A stretch of DNA of 64,000 nt, from the IMG/VR virus record IMGVR_UViG_3300027804_003215, positions 1 through 64,000 of that record; one strand, 5' to 3'. The position numbers and the translations under genes are program-made. The notes under the pieces are model-generated. The model was not told where the DNA came from, did not search any database, and was given only the letters and a program-made list of their open reading frames with translations. This stretch comes from a virus. Shown one piece after another: positions 9,514 to 19,327 of the stretch (its first letter is position 1; the number at the start of each line of letters is the position of its first letter).

Positions 9514-10569
9514 TTAGTCGTTGAGTTTTGAAATTTGTTCTTCGAATGAGTTTGCTCGGGTTGTAAGATAAGAGTCGAATAGCTCAACAACCTCAGTTTC
9601 GAATTTTTGTTTATTGGTAAATTTTTCCGCAGTTTGTTCCATGTTGGTATACAAATCTGGTTTGATGTTATCCTCTAACCAATTTTGAATAAAATCTGCA
9701 ATGAAGTCAGTCATCAAAGTGACATCTGTAATCCATATACCATTGTCTTCATTTATCCAACTTGGTTGTAAATCAGGTATTTTACCCAAACAAGGTACAC
9801 CACAAGCCATCGATTCAAGTGGAAATGTACCAAAACCGGATTTATCATCAATCCACACACTCAAACAACACTCCTTGAGTGAATTTGCAAAATCTTTTTC
9901 ACTTAAACCTCTCATATCTCTAAAAGTAAACCATCTAAATTGTGGGAATTTGAGATAGAAAGTTTTGATAAGATTTATTGCGTCCTCTTGTTCTTTTGTA
10001 TGAACTGCAATAATCGGCATTGAAGGTAAATTTCTTTTTTGGAAATTTTCTGTAATGAAAGGTTCCACAATGTCAAAACTTGCTTGTCTCATAACTTTTT
10101 CTATGTATTCTTTCTGTTTACCTGACGTTGTGAGACATTTGTAGAAACCAAACTGAGACCAACCTTGTCCTGGTTGTAAAGTTTCAGTAATGTATGCGTA
10201 TGACTGAACTAAAACAATTTTTGCACATGGCAACTTTTTAACTTGGTCCATTACATAACCAAAAATTTCAGGAACCACTAAAAAATCCTCAGGAGTAATT
10301 TCTAAATTTTGACTTTCAATCGATTGATGAGGTAGTTTTTCCATGTATTCTTTACCTAACCAATTGGAAACTCCAGAATAATCATTTTTTTCGTGAAGGA
10401 TTATTGGATTAAATTCGGCGTTTTTCAAAGCCATCGCTAACTGATAAATGTATCTTACAGAGGCTCTGGCATTACCTTTTGTGTCTTGAACAAAAAGATA
10501 AATTTTAGCTTTTTTTTCTCGTAGATTTTTTATTGACAATTCTACTCTTTCTTTGTTTACGTTTGACAT
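9514..10569 (-). CDS. Glycosyltransferase, GT4-like (GT-B)
   Basis: SGFGTFPLESMACGVP C-terminal GT-B motif; VVPEI. Confidence 0.75.
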   Translation of the reverse strand: MSNVNKERVELSIKNLREKKAKIYLFVQDTKGNARASVRYIYQLAMALKNAEFNPIILHEKNDYSGVSNWLGKEYMEKLPHQSIESQNLEITPEDFLVVPEIFGYVMDQVKKLPCAKIVLVQSYAYITETLQPGQGWSQFGFYKCLTTSGKQKEYIEKVMRQASFDIVEPFITENFQKRNLPSMPIIAVHTKEQEDAINLIKTFYLKFPQFRWFTFRDMRGLSEKDFANSLKECCLSVWIDDKSGFGTFPLESMACGVPCLGKIPDLQPSWINEDNGIWITDVTLMTDFIADFIQNWLEDNIKPDLYTNMEQTAEKFTNKQKFETEVVELFDSYLTTRANSFEEQISKLND

Positions 10570-10570
10570 A

Positions 10571-10843
10571 TTAATAATGATTAATCAATTTTTTATTTAA
10601 AAGTGTATTGAATGCTATTTTGAATGGTATACTAACTTCTTTGGACTTCATTCCAAGCTTATCATCAATATCAGGATTTTCTGTAAGAAGAACTTCCATC
10701 AACATTTTGACCATTTCAAATTTTATTATATTAACTCTACTTTCAGTACCACCAGTAATATCAGACTCAATTTCTCTGATATCTAAATAATTTTCTATTT
10801 CGTCTAAATCAACAAAATAACTTTCACCTAAGACATTTAACAT
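10571..10843 (-). CDS. Hypothetical protein (90 aa)
   Basis: In-operon ORF. Confidence 0.65.
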   Translation of the reverse strand: MLNVLGESYFVDLDEIENYLDIREIESDITGGTESRVNIIKFEMVKMLMEVLLTENPDIDDKLGMKSKEVSIPFKIAFNTLLNKKLINHY

Positions 10844-11433
10844 ATTTCTGAAATTTTTTGTTTTAAATCCTTGATACTATCAACTTCGTGAGTTACATGG
10901 ATATGTGAATTATAAGAAGTTTTGAATTTAATTAAAGTTTTATCTGTAGGAGCATTCAATAATAATTTAGGATTAGCTGTTACCAAACAATCCAAAGTAG
11001 ACCACATCGAATCAATAGTTGTTTCACTATAAAATTTATAGTTCTCGACTAAACATCCAAACTTTGATAAGAAAAATAAAGAAGCGGGTTTGGATTTACC
11101 AATTTCATCTGAAATAATCCAAATATCATGATTGTCTCTATGGTCAATATAGAATTCATTCAAGTCATTCATTCCGTTATACTCAACGGAACCAGCATGA
11201 CCAAAAATTTCCATAGTATATTCTTTATATAGAAAATTATATACCTCATCTTCATCTTTAAATTTGAGGTGCTCCATCAAATTCAATGAGGTAACATCTG
11301 ATAAAACTTCATATCCAAAAGATTCTTTTTCTTCACTGAGAAAAGGGTTCTCTATATTCCATTTTTGATAGACCTCTTGAATTTTTTTCAGGGTATCTCT
11401 CAAAACTCCATTTATTTCAATACCAATTTTCAT
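10837..11433 (-). CDS. HAD-fold 5'(3')-deoxyribonucleotidase-like protein with degenerate catalytic motif
   Basis: MKIGIEINGVLRD aligns to IGIDxDGVLxD; C-terminal SYN motif. Confidence 0.55.
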   Translation of the reverse strand: MKIGIEINGVLRDTLKKIQEVYQKWNIENPFLSEEKESFGYEVLSDVTSLNLMEHLKFKDEDEVYNFLYKEYTMEIFGHAGSVEYNGMNDLNEFYIDHRDNHDIWIISDEIGKSKPASLFFLSKFGCLVENYKFYSETTIDSMWSTLDCLVTANPKLLLNAPTDKTLIKFKTSYNSHIHVTHEVDSIKDLKQKISEIC

Positions 11434-12161
11434 TCTTCGTATCTTTGTAAAATTTTACTTATCAATGGGTTTCTTACAACATCAACAGGTTTAAATTCAA
11501 AAACTCCAACGTCTTCCATTTCCTTGAATTTTAATAGAGCATCCCAAAGACCTGTTTGTGTTTTATCTTTGTGTCTATCAAATTGGTCCAAATCACCTGA
11601 GATAAAAAACTTAGAATTAAATCCAATTCTTGTTAGGAGTAACTTCATTTGATTAGGAGTTGCGTTTTGTGCTTCTTCAAAAATCAAAATTGAATTATCA
11701 ATATTCATACCTCTCATATATGCTAAAGCAAAAACTTCGATTGATTCTATCTCTTTGAGTTTTTCTCGAGCTTCTTTTCCGATAATTTTGTTCAAAAGAT
11801 AATAAGACGGAAAAATGTACGGGTCAAGTTTTTCCTCTACACCGCCAGGTAAACTACCTAATTTTTCTTCAGCTTCAACAGCTGGTCTTACAATTATTAT
11901 TTTTTCATATGAGTTTTCAGGGTCGGCTAAAAGGTCAATCGCACATTTCATGGCAATATAACTTTTACCAACACCCGCAGGACCAGAACAAATAGTAATT
12001 TGATTTGTTTTTAGTAATCTGTAATATTCTTTTTGACTTTCACTTAAAAATTTTTCTTTGGTTTTTTTCTTTATTATTTGATTTATAATTTCCTTTTTTG
12101 ATTTTGGTTTTTCATCAGGTGTTGGTAAGGGTGTCGATATTAATCTTTTAGTTTTACCCAT
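11430..12161 (-). CDS. phoH: PhoH-family ATPase
   Basis: GPAGVGKS Walker A, RPAVEAEEKLGSLPG, AYMRG, EEAQN, GDLDQFD. Confidence 0.95.
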   Translation of the reverse strand: MGKTKRLISTPLPTPDEKPKSKKEIINQIIKKKTKEKFLSESQKEYYRLLKTNQITICSGPAGVGKSYIAMKCAIDLLADPENSYEKIIIVRPAVEAEEKLGSLPGGVEEKLDPYIFPSYYLLNKIIGKEAREKLKEIESIEVFALAYMRGMNIDNSILIFEEAQNATPNQMKLLLTRIGFNSKFFISGDLDQFDRHKDKTQTGLWDALLKFKEMEDVGVFEFKPVDVVRNPLISKILQRYEE

Positions 12162-12177
12162 TTTTAAATTTTTAATT

Positions 12178-12564
12178 TTATTTTTTGTAATCTACATACT
12201 CTTTGACCTCTCTTATCTCGGATGAAGTTAAGGAATTAATTTCATTTTTAAGTTCAAACCTTTTATCATTTGTGAAATAAACTTTTCTTGCCATATCAAT
12301 AAATTCACCTTCGAAGCGACCGTCCTTTTCTAAAATTCTAAGTCTGTCCTCGATTTCCCAAAGATTGGAGTTTGTTGAAACTAACTCGTGATATAAATTT
12401 TCAATTAAGTTATTGTTCAAAAACTCCGCCGACAAATTGTATAAAAGTTCAAACTCCTTCTTGATGTATTCTAATTTTTCAGGGTTTGTAACTTTTGTCT
12501 TTTTAACTTGTAGGATTGAAAGTTTATCAATCAATTCACCTACACTTACTGGTACGTTAATCAT
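12178..12564 (-). CDS. DUF6165-like protein, often adjacent to glycosyltransferases
   Basis: PVSVGELIDKLSIL...LWEIEDRLR...ARKVYFTNDKR...EVKEY pattern. Confidence 0.7.
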   Translation of the reverse strand: MINVPVSVGELIDKLSILQVKKTKVTNPEKLEYIKKEFELLYNLSAEFLNNNLIENLYHELVSTNSNLWEIEDRLRILEKDGRFEGEFIDMARKVYFTNDKRFELKNEINSLTSSEIREVKEYVDYKK

Positions 12565-12568
12565 AATA

Positions 12569-13546
12569 TTAATTTTTATAATAGTTTATCCAATGTTCTA
12601 TCATTTCGTCTAACATAGTTTCAAAGTTATAATCGGGCGTCCACCCTGTGACCTTTTTTAACTTTGAACAATCCCCTTTCAAATTATTAAGTTCTTCTGG
12701 TCTCAAAAATTTTTCATCCAATTTTACATACATTTTGTAATCCAAATCAAGTTTTCTAAAAACATATTCACAAAGTTCTTTTACCGAGTGAGAAATTCCT
12801 GTAGAGCAAACAAAATCATCTGATTGTTCTTGTTGTAAAATTAACCACATGGCTTTAACAAAGTCTTTAGCGTGTCCCCAATCTCTTGTGGCATCCAAAT
12901 TACCTAATTTCAATTCGTTTGATAATCCAAGTTTTATTTTAACAGCTTCTTTACAGACTTTGTTTGTTACAAAATTTGTTCCTCTTCTTGGTGATTCGTG
13001 ATTAAACAAAATACCATTCGAGATGAACATACCGTATGAGTTTCTATAGTTTCTACAAATGTTATAAGAAAAAACTTTTGCACACCCATAAGGAGAAACT
13101 GGATTCATTGGGGTTGTTTCCCTCTGAAATCCATCATGGTCAATACAATTACCAAACATCTCTGATGATGATGCTTGATATATTTTTATATTCTTATCAA
13201 CAAGTTTAACTGCTTCTAAAATATTGAGTGTACCAAGTCCAGTAACATTTGCGGTGTAGATAGGTTGGTCGAAAGAAATTCTAACATGTGATTGTGCTGC
13301 TAAATTATAAATTTCGGATGGTTTACATTTTTGTATAACTGTTATGAGAGAAGATAAATCTGTAAGGTCGGCATAATGAAGTTTAATTTTGGAAAAAATC
13401 TTTTCTAATCTGGCTGTCTGATTTTCTGAAACAGAGTTTCTTTTCAAGGTTCCGTGGACTTCATAACCTTTTTCCAATAAAAATTCGGCCAAGTATGAAC
13501 CGTCTTGACCATTAATGCCCGTGATAAGTGCAATTTTATTTGTCAT
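12569..13546 (-). CDS. gmd: GDP-mannose 4,6-dehydratase
   Basis: ALITGINGQDGSYLAE, NLAAQSHV, QASSSEMFG, SPYGCAK, LFNHESPRRG, RDWGHAKD. Confidence 0.97.
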   Translation of the reverse strand: MTNKIALITGINGQDGSYLAEFLLEKGYEVHGTLKRNSVSENQTARLEKIFSKIKLHYADLTDLSSLITVIQKCKPSEIYNLAAQSHVRISFDQPIYTANVTGLGTLNILEAVKLVDKNIKIYQASSSEMFGNCIDHDGFQRETTPMNPVSPYGCAKVFSYNICRNYRNSYGMFISNGILFNHESPRRGTNFVTNKVCKEAVKIKLGLSNELKLGNLDATRDWGHAKDFVKAMWLILQQEQSDDFVCSTGISHSVKELCEYVFRKLDLDYKMYVKLDEKFLRPEELNNLKGDCSKLKKVTGWTPDYNFETMLDEMIEHWINYYKN

Positions 13547-13547
13547 T

Positions 13548-14333
13548 TTAATTTAGTCTAACGTAATTTAATTTTGAATTTGAAAAAATCGAAAACGTAG
13601 ATAAATTTGATGTTGTACAAAAAAGTTTTTTTGTTTTTCCGAGGCCGACAGCACCAAACACAATTTCTTGAATATGTTTTTTGATTGAATCTTCATTGTT
13701 GTGCTGTTTGAAAAAAGGGAGTTTTTCATCGTTTGAAGAAAAATCATCAAACGTTATCAACCTTTCCCCGTAACGCTCCGAAAATTGATTTTTATCTTGA
13801 ATGTTGTCTGACATTAAAAATATGTTTTCGAATTCTTCTTTATCTAATATATCAAAAATTTGTGATAATTGAATTGTTGTTAAATTATGAACGGTCTCCA
13901 TGTCTGTGGCACGTCTGTGAAAACCAATTGTATTTTCAAAATTTATTTGTGGAAACCTTGAATAAAACAAATATTCCATTTTCTCATTAAATAAAAAATG
14001 TTTTTTGATTATTTCCTCGGTCATTTCTAGATTTTCTTTCGAAAATGTTTTTGAGTTATAAGGGTCTAAACTAGTTTTTAGACTTAGTGACTCAATATCT
14101 ACGTAACTTTTTTTGTGTTCAAGCCAGTCTTGTTTGTCTTGAAGAAAACATATATCATAGATGTTTCCCTTACCGTATCCATAGATGTCTTCCAAATCAT
14201 AATATATTTTGAAAGTTTCATTTGGAAACGTCAGGTATAAATTTTGAATATGTACAACGGCCTCCGTGATGTAAGAAAAATAACCTCTTTGATGAATGTC
14301 CTTACCTCTTGCCGGTTTAAAAAACCTTAACAT
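13548..14333 (-). CDS. Putative fucosyltransferase-like glycosyltransferase (NodZ/GT23/O-FucT-like GT-B)
   Basis: RGYFS start, IGFHRRATD (HxRxTD donor-binding), IFLMSD, SNLS. Confidence 0.55.
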   Translation of the reverse strand: MLRFFKPARGKDIHQRGYFSYITEAVVHIQNLYLTFPNETFKIYYDLEDIYGYGKGNIYDICFLQDKQDWLEHKKSYVDIESLSLKTSLDPYNSKTFSKENLEMTEEIIKKHFLFNEKMEYLFYSRFPQINFENTIGFHRRATDMETVHNLTTIQLSQIFDILDKEEFENIFLMSDNIQDKNQFSERYGERLITFDDFSSNDEKLPFFKQHNNEDSIKKHIQEIVFGAVGLGKTKKLFCTTSNLSTFSIFSNSKLNYVRLN

Positions 14334-14335
14334 CC

Positions 14336-15499
14336 TTATTGGTATTTTAATAATATCTCACAAACTCTATCGATATCTTCATTGGTCATTTTGTCGTGGT
14401 TCGGAACATAAATTCCTCTCTCATCTATAATTGAACAATTAGGAAGTTTTTTCTCACCATAAAGTTTTTTGTAAAACGGTTGTGTTCCCATGGAACCAGA
14501 TATTAATGGTCTACAAGCAATGTTGTTGTCCTGTAAATCTTTAACTAAATTTTCTTTGTCTTCGCTAGATTTTGTAATCACAGGAATTGCGAAGTTGGAT
14601 GTGAATTCGTTTTCGAATGATTTTGGAAACCAAATTTTACCGTCCAATTTTGATTTATAATAAAGAAAATTATTATATCTGTTTTGTATCATCCCATCAA
14701 CTTTGTCAAGTTGTTGAAGTCCTATTTGGGCTTGTAAATCCGTACTACGAAGATTAAAACCGGGAATATAAAAAGTATAAAGAGCTGAAAAATTTGTTAC
14801 ATCCCAAGCTGAACGTAGTTCCTTTTGTTTATCTTCGGTTAAATCTCTGTCCCAACCATGACTTCTTAATTGAAGTAATGTTTCATATACCTCTTTATTA
14901 TTTGTTGAAATCATTCCCCCTTCTATGGTCGACATGGTGTGTCCAAAGTAAGTTGAGAATGAAGTCATAAGACCAAAGTTTCCAAGTTTTACATTTTCGA
15001 ATTTTGTGCCTTGTGACTCACAATTGTCCTCCAATAAAATGACATCATATTTTTCACAAAGTTCAGTGATTTTTTTGATGTTTGGGGATAGACCAAGAAC
15101 GGAAACTAAAATAAGAACAGAAGGACTTTCCTTAATAAAAATTTCTTCTAAGTGTTCCAAATCAACTGAGAGATTATCCAAATTACAATCCACTAATAAA
15201 GGTTCCATATCGAATTGTAACACAGGTGCTAAGTCAGTTGCCCAACATAATGAGGGAACACAAACTTTGTTATTTTTCATTTTATTCAAAACTTTCAATG
15301 CGTACAACATCAAAAGATTTGCAGAGGAACCAGAGTTTACAAAAACAGAATATTTGGTTCCTAACCAATTTGACCATTTGGATTCAAACTCTAAGGTCTT
15401 TGAGCCTTTTGTTAATCTTGGATAAGTTTTTAACCATTCTATTAGAGAATCAATGTCTTTGTTATCAATAGTATCTTGAATTAAATCAATACGTTTCAT
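14336..15499 (-). CDS. colD: GDP-4-keto-6-deoxy-D-mannose 3-dehydratase (ColD-like PLP enzyme, DegT/DnrJ fold)
   Basis: VNSGSSANL, EDNCES, SHGWDR; in STYFGHTMSTIEGG a His occupies the position of the Schiff-base Lys of aminotransferases; no Fe-S insertion. Confidence 0.75.
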   Translation of the reverse strand: MKRIDLIQDTIDNKDIDSLIEWLKTYPRLTKGSKTLEFESKWSNWLGTKYSVFVNSGSSANLLMLYALKVLNKMKNNKVCVPSLCWATDLAPVLQFDMEPLLVDCNLDNLSVDLEHLEEIFIKESPSVLILVSVLGLSPNIKKITELCEKYDVILLEDNCESQGTKFENVKLGNFGLMTSFSTYFGHTMSTIEGGMISTNNKEVYETLLQLRSHGWDRDLTEDKQKELRSAWDVTNFSALYTFYIPGFNLRSTDLQAQIGLQQLDKVDGMIQNRYNNFLYYKSKLDGKIWFPKSFENEFTSNFAIPVITKSSEDKENLVKDLQDNNIACRPLISGSMGTQPFYKKLYGEKKLPNCSIIDERGIYVPNHDKMTNEDIDRVCEILLKYQ

Positions 15500-16419
15500 T
15501 TTCTTAATGTATTATAATTTTTTATAAACCAATCAATAGTTTCATTAATACCAACATTAATATCTGTGAGTGAAAAGTCCATCGGTATGTCAGAAATAGC
15601 AGGTTTTCTAAACTGACCTCTTGGTTTGGATGCATCGAAAAACAATTTATCTTCGCTGATTTCGAATTTTTTCACGACCATCTTTACAATGTCCATCACA
15701 GAATGTTCTTGAGCATTTACTGCCATAAATGGAACCTCTGATTTCCAATTTTCGATAGCCCAAAGAATAATTCTCGCAAGGTCTCTCGAATGAATAAATT
15801 GTCTCAATGGTGTTCCATCTCCCCAAACTACAAAGTCCTCATTTTTTTCTTTGCAGTGATATGCTCGGTAAATAATGCCAGGAATCATGTGGCTGTGGTC
15901 AGGATGAAAGTTATCATGTGGACCATAAACGTTCGTTGGAACCACGTTAATCCAATTTCTACCTGTGAGATTTCTTATGATTTTTGTTTGATAACCTGAA
16001 AGTCTTTTCGCATACGAATATCCGTGATTTGATGGATGTGGTGGTGCAATGTCAATTTGGTCTGCGGTAAGAGGGTAGGTGATATTGGAATCTGGAAATA
16101 TACATGTAGATGATAAGTTTACGAAGTTTTCCACTCCTGAGGCAAAAGCCGCAGTAATCACGTTGTGATTAATTTTATAATTTTCTTCGAAAAATAATTC
16201 GTTGTTATTTGAATTTGCTTGGACACCCCCGACTTTGGCTGCACAGTGAATTATGGTGTCAACTCCATTATTTTTTACATTTTTAGTTATGTAATTAAGA
16301 GTGTTCTCTTCATTTTTGAGGTCTGCGTCTTTTCTTGTGTGGTAAACATGTCCATCACCTAAGATTTCTTTGAGTGCATTTCCTAATAATCCATTTGAAC
16401 CTGTTACTAAAACTTTCAT
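15496..16419 (-). CDS. fcl: GDP-L-fucose / GDP-L-colitose synthase (epimerase-reductase, Fcl/ColC)
   Basis: TGSNGLLG, AAKVGG, SSTCIFP, YSYAKR, PTNVYGPHDNF, WGDGTPLRQFIH. Confidence 0.9.
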   Translation of the reverse strand: MKVLVTGSNGLLGNALKEILGDGHVYHTRKDADLKNEENTLNYITKNVKNNGVDTIIHCAAKVGGVQANSNNNELFFEENYKINHNVITAAFASGVENFVNLSSTCIFPDSNITYPLTADQIDIAPPHPSNHGYSYAKRLSGYQTKIIRNLTGRNWINVVPTNVYGPHDNFHPDHSHMIPGIIYRAYHCKEKNEDFVVWGDGTPLRQFIHSRDLARIILWAIENWKSEVPFMAVNAQEHSVMDIVKMVVKKFEISEDKLFFDASKPRGQFRKPAISDIPMDFSLTDINVGINETIDWFIKNYNTLRK

Positions 16420-17198
16420 AATTTAATCCAATTTTTACAATACAAATCTTCAGTTCTGAAGCTGGCGTATGCTGGTCCAAACCATTTTTTTGGAATGATA
16501 ACTGTTGTGTTTTCGTTTTTGTTCAACCAAGCTGCCCACCAACTGAATGTAGAATTTGCAATTATGTTATTTTTACACATAGACATGAGATATAAATCTT
16601 CGTAGTCTGAGTTGTTTGAAACCAAAGTTTTATTTTCTATGAAATCAAAATTTTGTTTACACCAATTTAAATCATCTGAAAAAATTAGAAAATGTTTTTC
16701 TTTTCCGATTTTTTCTACAGCTTCGATATAATATTCAATTGGTTGTGTTGGATGATGATTTGGTAATCCGACGTAATCACCACGTCTTACGTGAATTGAA
16801 CAAGTATCTTGATTAAGAATTTCACCGTATTTTTTTAATAGTCTATTTGATGTATGTTCATCTATTTCAAATAGTTCTAAGATTTCATTTCTATAGTCAG
16901 AAAAATATTTTTCACTTTGAAAGTGTCCAATCAATTTCACATTACCCCCTATCTTCGGAATTGGATAAAATTCAAATCCTCTTTCACCGTGATGTTGCAT
17001 TTGTGGGAGTTTGTCTGAAAATTCAATTTTTCTCAAAATATTGTTTACATAAGCGCTGAATGGTTTGTGTGGAATTACCATTTCTCTTGTGTCACAAATA
17101 AATTTTTTACCATCTCTTAATGAAACTGCGTAAGCGGTGGCTATTTGAAATAAAACGTTCCCGAGACCCCCCATCAATTTTGTAGATACTATTTCCAT
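16416..17198 (-). CDS. Alpha-1,2-fucosyl/colitosyltransferase (GT11)
   Basis: GGLGNVLFQ, FQSEKYF, HVRRGDY, FSDD, IIANSTFSWWAAWL. Confidence 0.92.
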   Translation of the reverse strand: MEIVSTKLMGGLGNVLFQIATAYAVSLRDGKKFICDTREMVIPHKPFSAYVNNILRKIEFSDKLPQMQHHGERGFEFYPIPKIGGNVKLIGHFQSEKYFSDYRNEILELFEIDEHTSNRLLKKYGEILNQDTCSIHVRRGDYVGLPNHHPTQPIEYYIEAVEKIGKEKHFLIFSDDLNWCKQNFDFIENKTLVSNNSDYEDLYLMSMCKNNIIANSTFSWWAAWLNKNENTTVIIPKKWFGPAYASFRTEDLYCKNWIKL

Positions 17199-17998
17199 TA
17201 TATTGTCTTTGAAACAAAGTCTTTGATTGTGTTTTCTATTCTCGCTCTATGGTCATTGTATTTCATAGACTCAAGGTAATTGTGTTCAACGTGCTCTAAC
17301 ATACTATTATAGGTGGTTGGATTAAGACCCTTACACACGTCGACTAGTTCATCCAAATTTTTGACGTGGAAAAAACCTCTTTTATCAAAGAAGTCTCCAA
17401 TATTTTCACAACCTATATAAATGGGAATAGTCTTAGTTTGAAAACAATCAATTAATTTTTCTGTAAACCAGTTATTTGAAAAAACATTTTCTACAACAAT
17501 ATGGAATTGAGAATAAAAAAGTTCGTTCTTCCAAACATTACTTTTCATGGTTCTAAAGTTTGTTCCATGAGAGAATGATGAATTAATACTGTTATAGATA
17601 TGATAGGGTATGTTATCAATTGCAGTCAATGCTTGTGGAATGGAATGACGTAATACGTGTCCAGCACACTGAGTTTTTCCACCAATCAAAGTTGTAATAC
17701 AAAACTCTTTTTCTGCGAAATCAAAATCTTTAATCCAAGTTGTTCCATATGGAAAAAGTTTTGCATTTGGGCATGATTTTAAAATATTTTCATCCCAAGT
17801 AAGAATCAAATCGAATTTGTCACAATTATTAATTGCAGCTTGTCTGAAACCAGAAACTTCATTTGGTTCAATAGTCCATAAAACTCTAATTGCATTCTTC
17901 GGAGTGCTTGGAATTATGTCAACATAAAGTTCACAAGGAACATGGGTTTGAAAATGGATATCCAAACCGAAGTTTGCAATAATTGATAAATTGTGCAT
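17198..17998 (-). CDS. GT10-like (alpha-1,3/4-fucosyltransferase) glycosyltransferase; start revised to MHNLSII
   Basis: FHIVVEN..NNWFTEKLIDCF..TIPIYIG GT10 motif. Confidence 0.7.
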   Translation of the reverse strand: MHNLSIIANFGLDIHFQTHVPCELYVDIIPSTPKNAIRVLWTIEPNEVSGFRQAAINNCDKFDLILTWDENILKSCPNAKLFPYGTTWIKDFDFAEKEFCITTLIGGKTQCAGHVLRHSIPQALTAIDNIPYHIYNSINSSFSHGTNFRTMKSNVWKNELFYSQFHIVVENVFSNNWFTEKLIDCFQTKTIPIYIGCENIGDFFDKRGFFHVKNLDELVDVCKGLNPTTYNSMLEHVEHNYLESMKYNDHRARIENTIKDFVSKTI

Positions 17999-18002
17999 AT
18001 TA

Positions 18003-18773
18003 TTATTTTTTTGTCCAAAATATTCCACATTGGTCAACCACAGTCATAGGTTCATCAAAAGAATTGTCCTTTCTGAATTTTTCAACCGCGTTTTTGCAAT
18101 TTGGAATACAATAATCATCGATTATTACACGACCTCCTGAAACTACTTTATGATAACAGGAGTCAAAAACATCCATAGTGGATTTGAACATATCACCATC
18201 CATTCTCAAAATACTCAATTTTTCAATTTGAGGATTGTTTGGTAAGGTGTCTTCAAACCAACCTTCTAAGAAAATAACACTCTCATCCAACGCACCATAC
18301 ATCTCAAAATTATTTTTTACTTGAGCTAGTGATACTCTTAAGAAGTCTATAGTGTGATGAGGGTCACCTTCATCTTCTTTTACTTTTGGAGGTGGTAAAC
18401 CTCTGAATGAATCTGCAACAAAAACCTTTTTGTTCATGCCGTAGAGTTCGAAATATTTCCTAGCAAAAATCGAAGCACCACCTCTCCATACACCAGTTTC
18501 TATGAAGTCTCCTTCAATATTATTTTCTCTTACATAGTCTAAAGACTCGTGAAGATTTTCCATTCTTTTCAGACCAATCATGGTGTGGGCAAATTGAGGC
18601 CAATCTCTTCCAGTAAGTCTTTCTCCTTGAACTGGCTGAGAAACAATTGATTCCATAATTTCGTCTGAAGGATAGACCCCATTACTAAAAAAAGAATTTT
18701 TTATCGAGTCACTTCCTACCGAATCAATTAGTACTCTCTGAATGAACAAAAGTTTTAATCTTATATTTTCCAT
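18003..18773 (-). CDS. TylF/MycF/NovP-family sugar O-methyltransferase
   Basis: TMIGLKR, GDFIETGVWRGG, ADSFRGLP, GWFEDTLP, LRMDGD, IIDDY. Confidence 0.93.
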   Translation of the reverse strand: MENIRLKLLFIQRVLIDSVGSDSIKNSFFSNGVYPSDEIMESIVSQPVQGERLTGRDWPQFAHTMIGLKRMENLHESLDYVRENNIEGDFIETGVWRGGASIFARKYFELYGMNKKVFVADSFRGLPPPKVKEDEGDPHHTIDFLRVSLAQVKNNFEMYGALDESVIFLEGWFEDTLPNNPQIEKLSILRMDGDMFKSTMDVFDSCYHKVVSGGRVIIDDYCIPNCKNAVEKFRKDNSFDEPMTVVDQCGIFWTKK

Positions 18774-18774
18774 A

Positions 18775-19326
18775 TTAATTTCTTTTAATTATAGTTAATC
18801 CATTATTGTTTTTGAAAATCTCGTGTATGGTCCACTCAGGATTTTTTTCCAAGAACTCTTCAATAGCAGGCCATATACCAACTTCACTGTTAATTTCACC
18901 CACAGTTCTGAAAGTTTCTGTATCATGAAAAACGATGTATTTTTTTACTTTTTTCGAGTGAACTTCTAATTCAACTTTTATTTGGGGATATGTGTGTAAA
19001 GTATCGATGAATAACAAATCACATTCAGGAATGTCGACAGTCCTACTATCTGATAAAATAAATGAGAAGTCAATTCCTCTTTCTTTTGATGAGGTTTCAA
19101 CAAGTGGTAAATCTGTCGAATTATATTCTGAAGGATTTTTATAATCTACTGAGATTAATTTTTTTGGGTTACCTGACAAAAATGCCCAAGTAGAGACAAT
19201 AGTTCTTACTCCCATTTCCACAATAGTTTCACATTCTTCGGCATATTTTTTAAGAGTTGGAAGATGTTCGTTGATATCACTTGGAGTCATTTTCTTCCTT
19301 TCGTACATTAATTCAATTTGGTCCAT
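18775..19326 (-). CDS. Class I SAM-dependent methyltransferase (Methyltransf_24-like)
   Basis: SDINEHLP, VEMGVR, DLLFIDTLH, FHDT, NNGLT. Confidence 0.85.
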   Translation of the reverse strand: MDQIELMYERKKMTPSDINEHLPTLKKYAEECETIVEMGVRTIVSTWAFLSGNPKKLISVDYKNPSEYNSTDLPLVETSSKERGIDFSFILSDSRTVDIPECDLLFIDTLHTYPQIKVELEVHSKKVKKYIVFHDTETFRTVGEINSEVGIWPAIEEFLEKNPEWTIHEIFKNNNGLTIIKRN

Positions 19327-19327
19327 T

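Noticed and set aside
14336-15499. Perosamine synthase / DegT aminotransferase call
   Set aside because: The catalytic Lys position is His, as in ColD-type dehydratases
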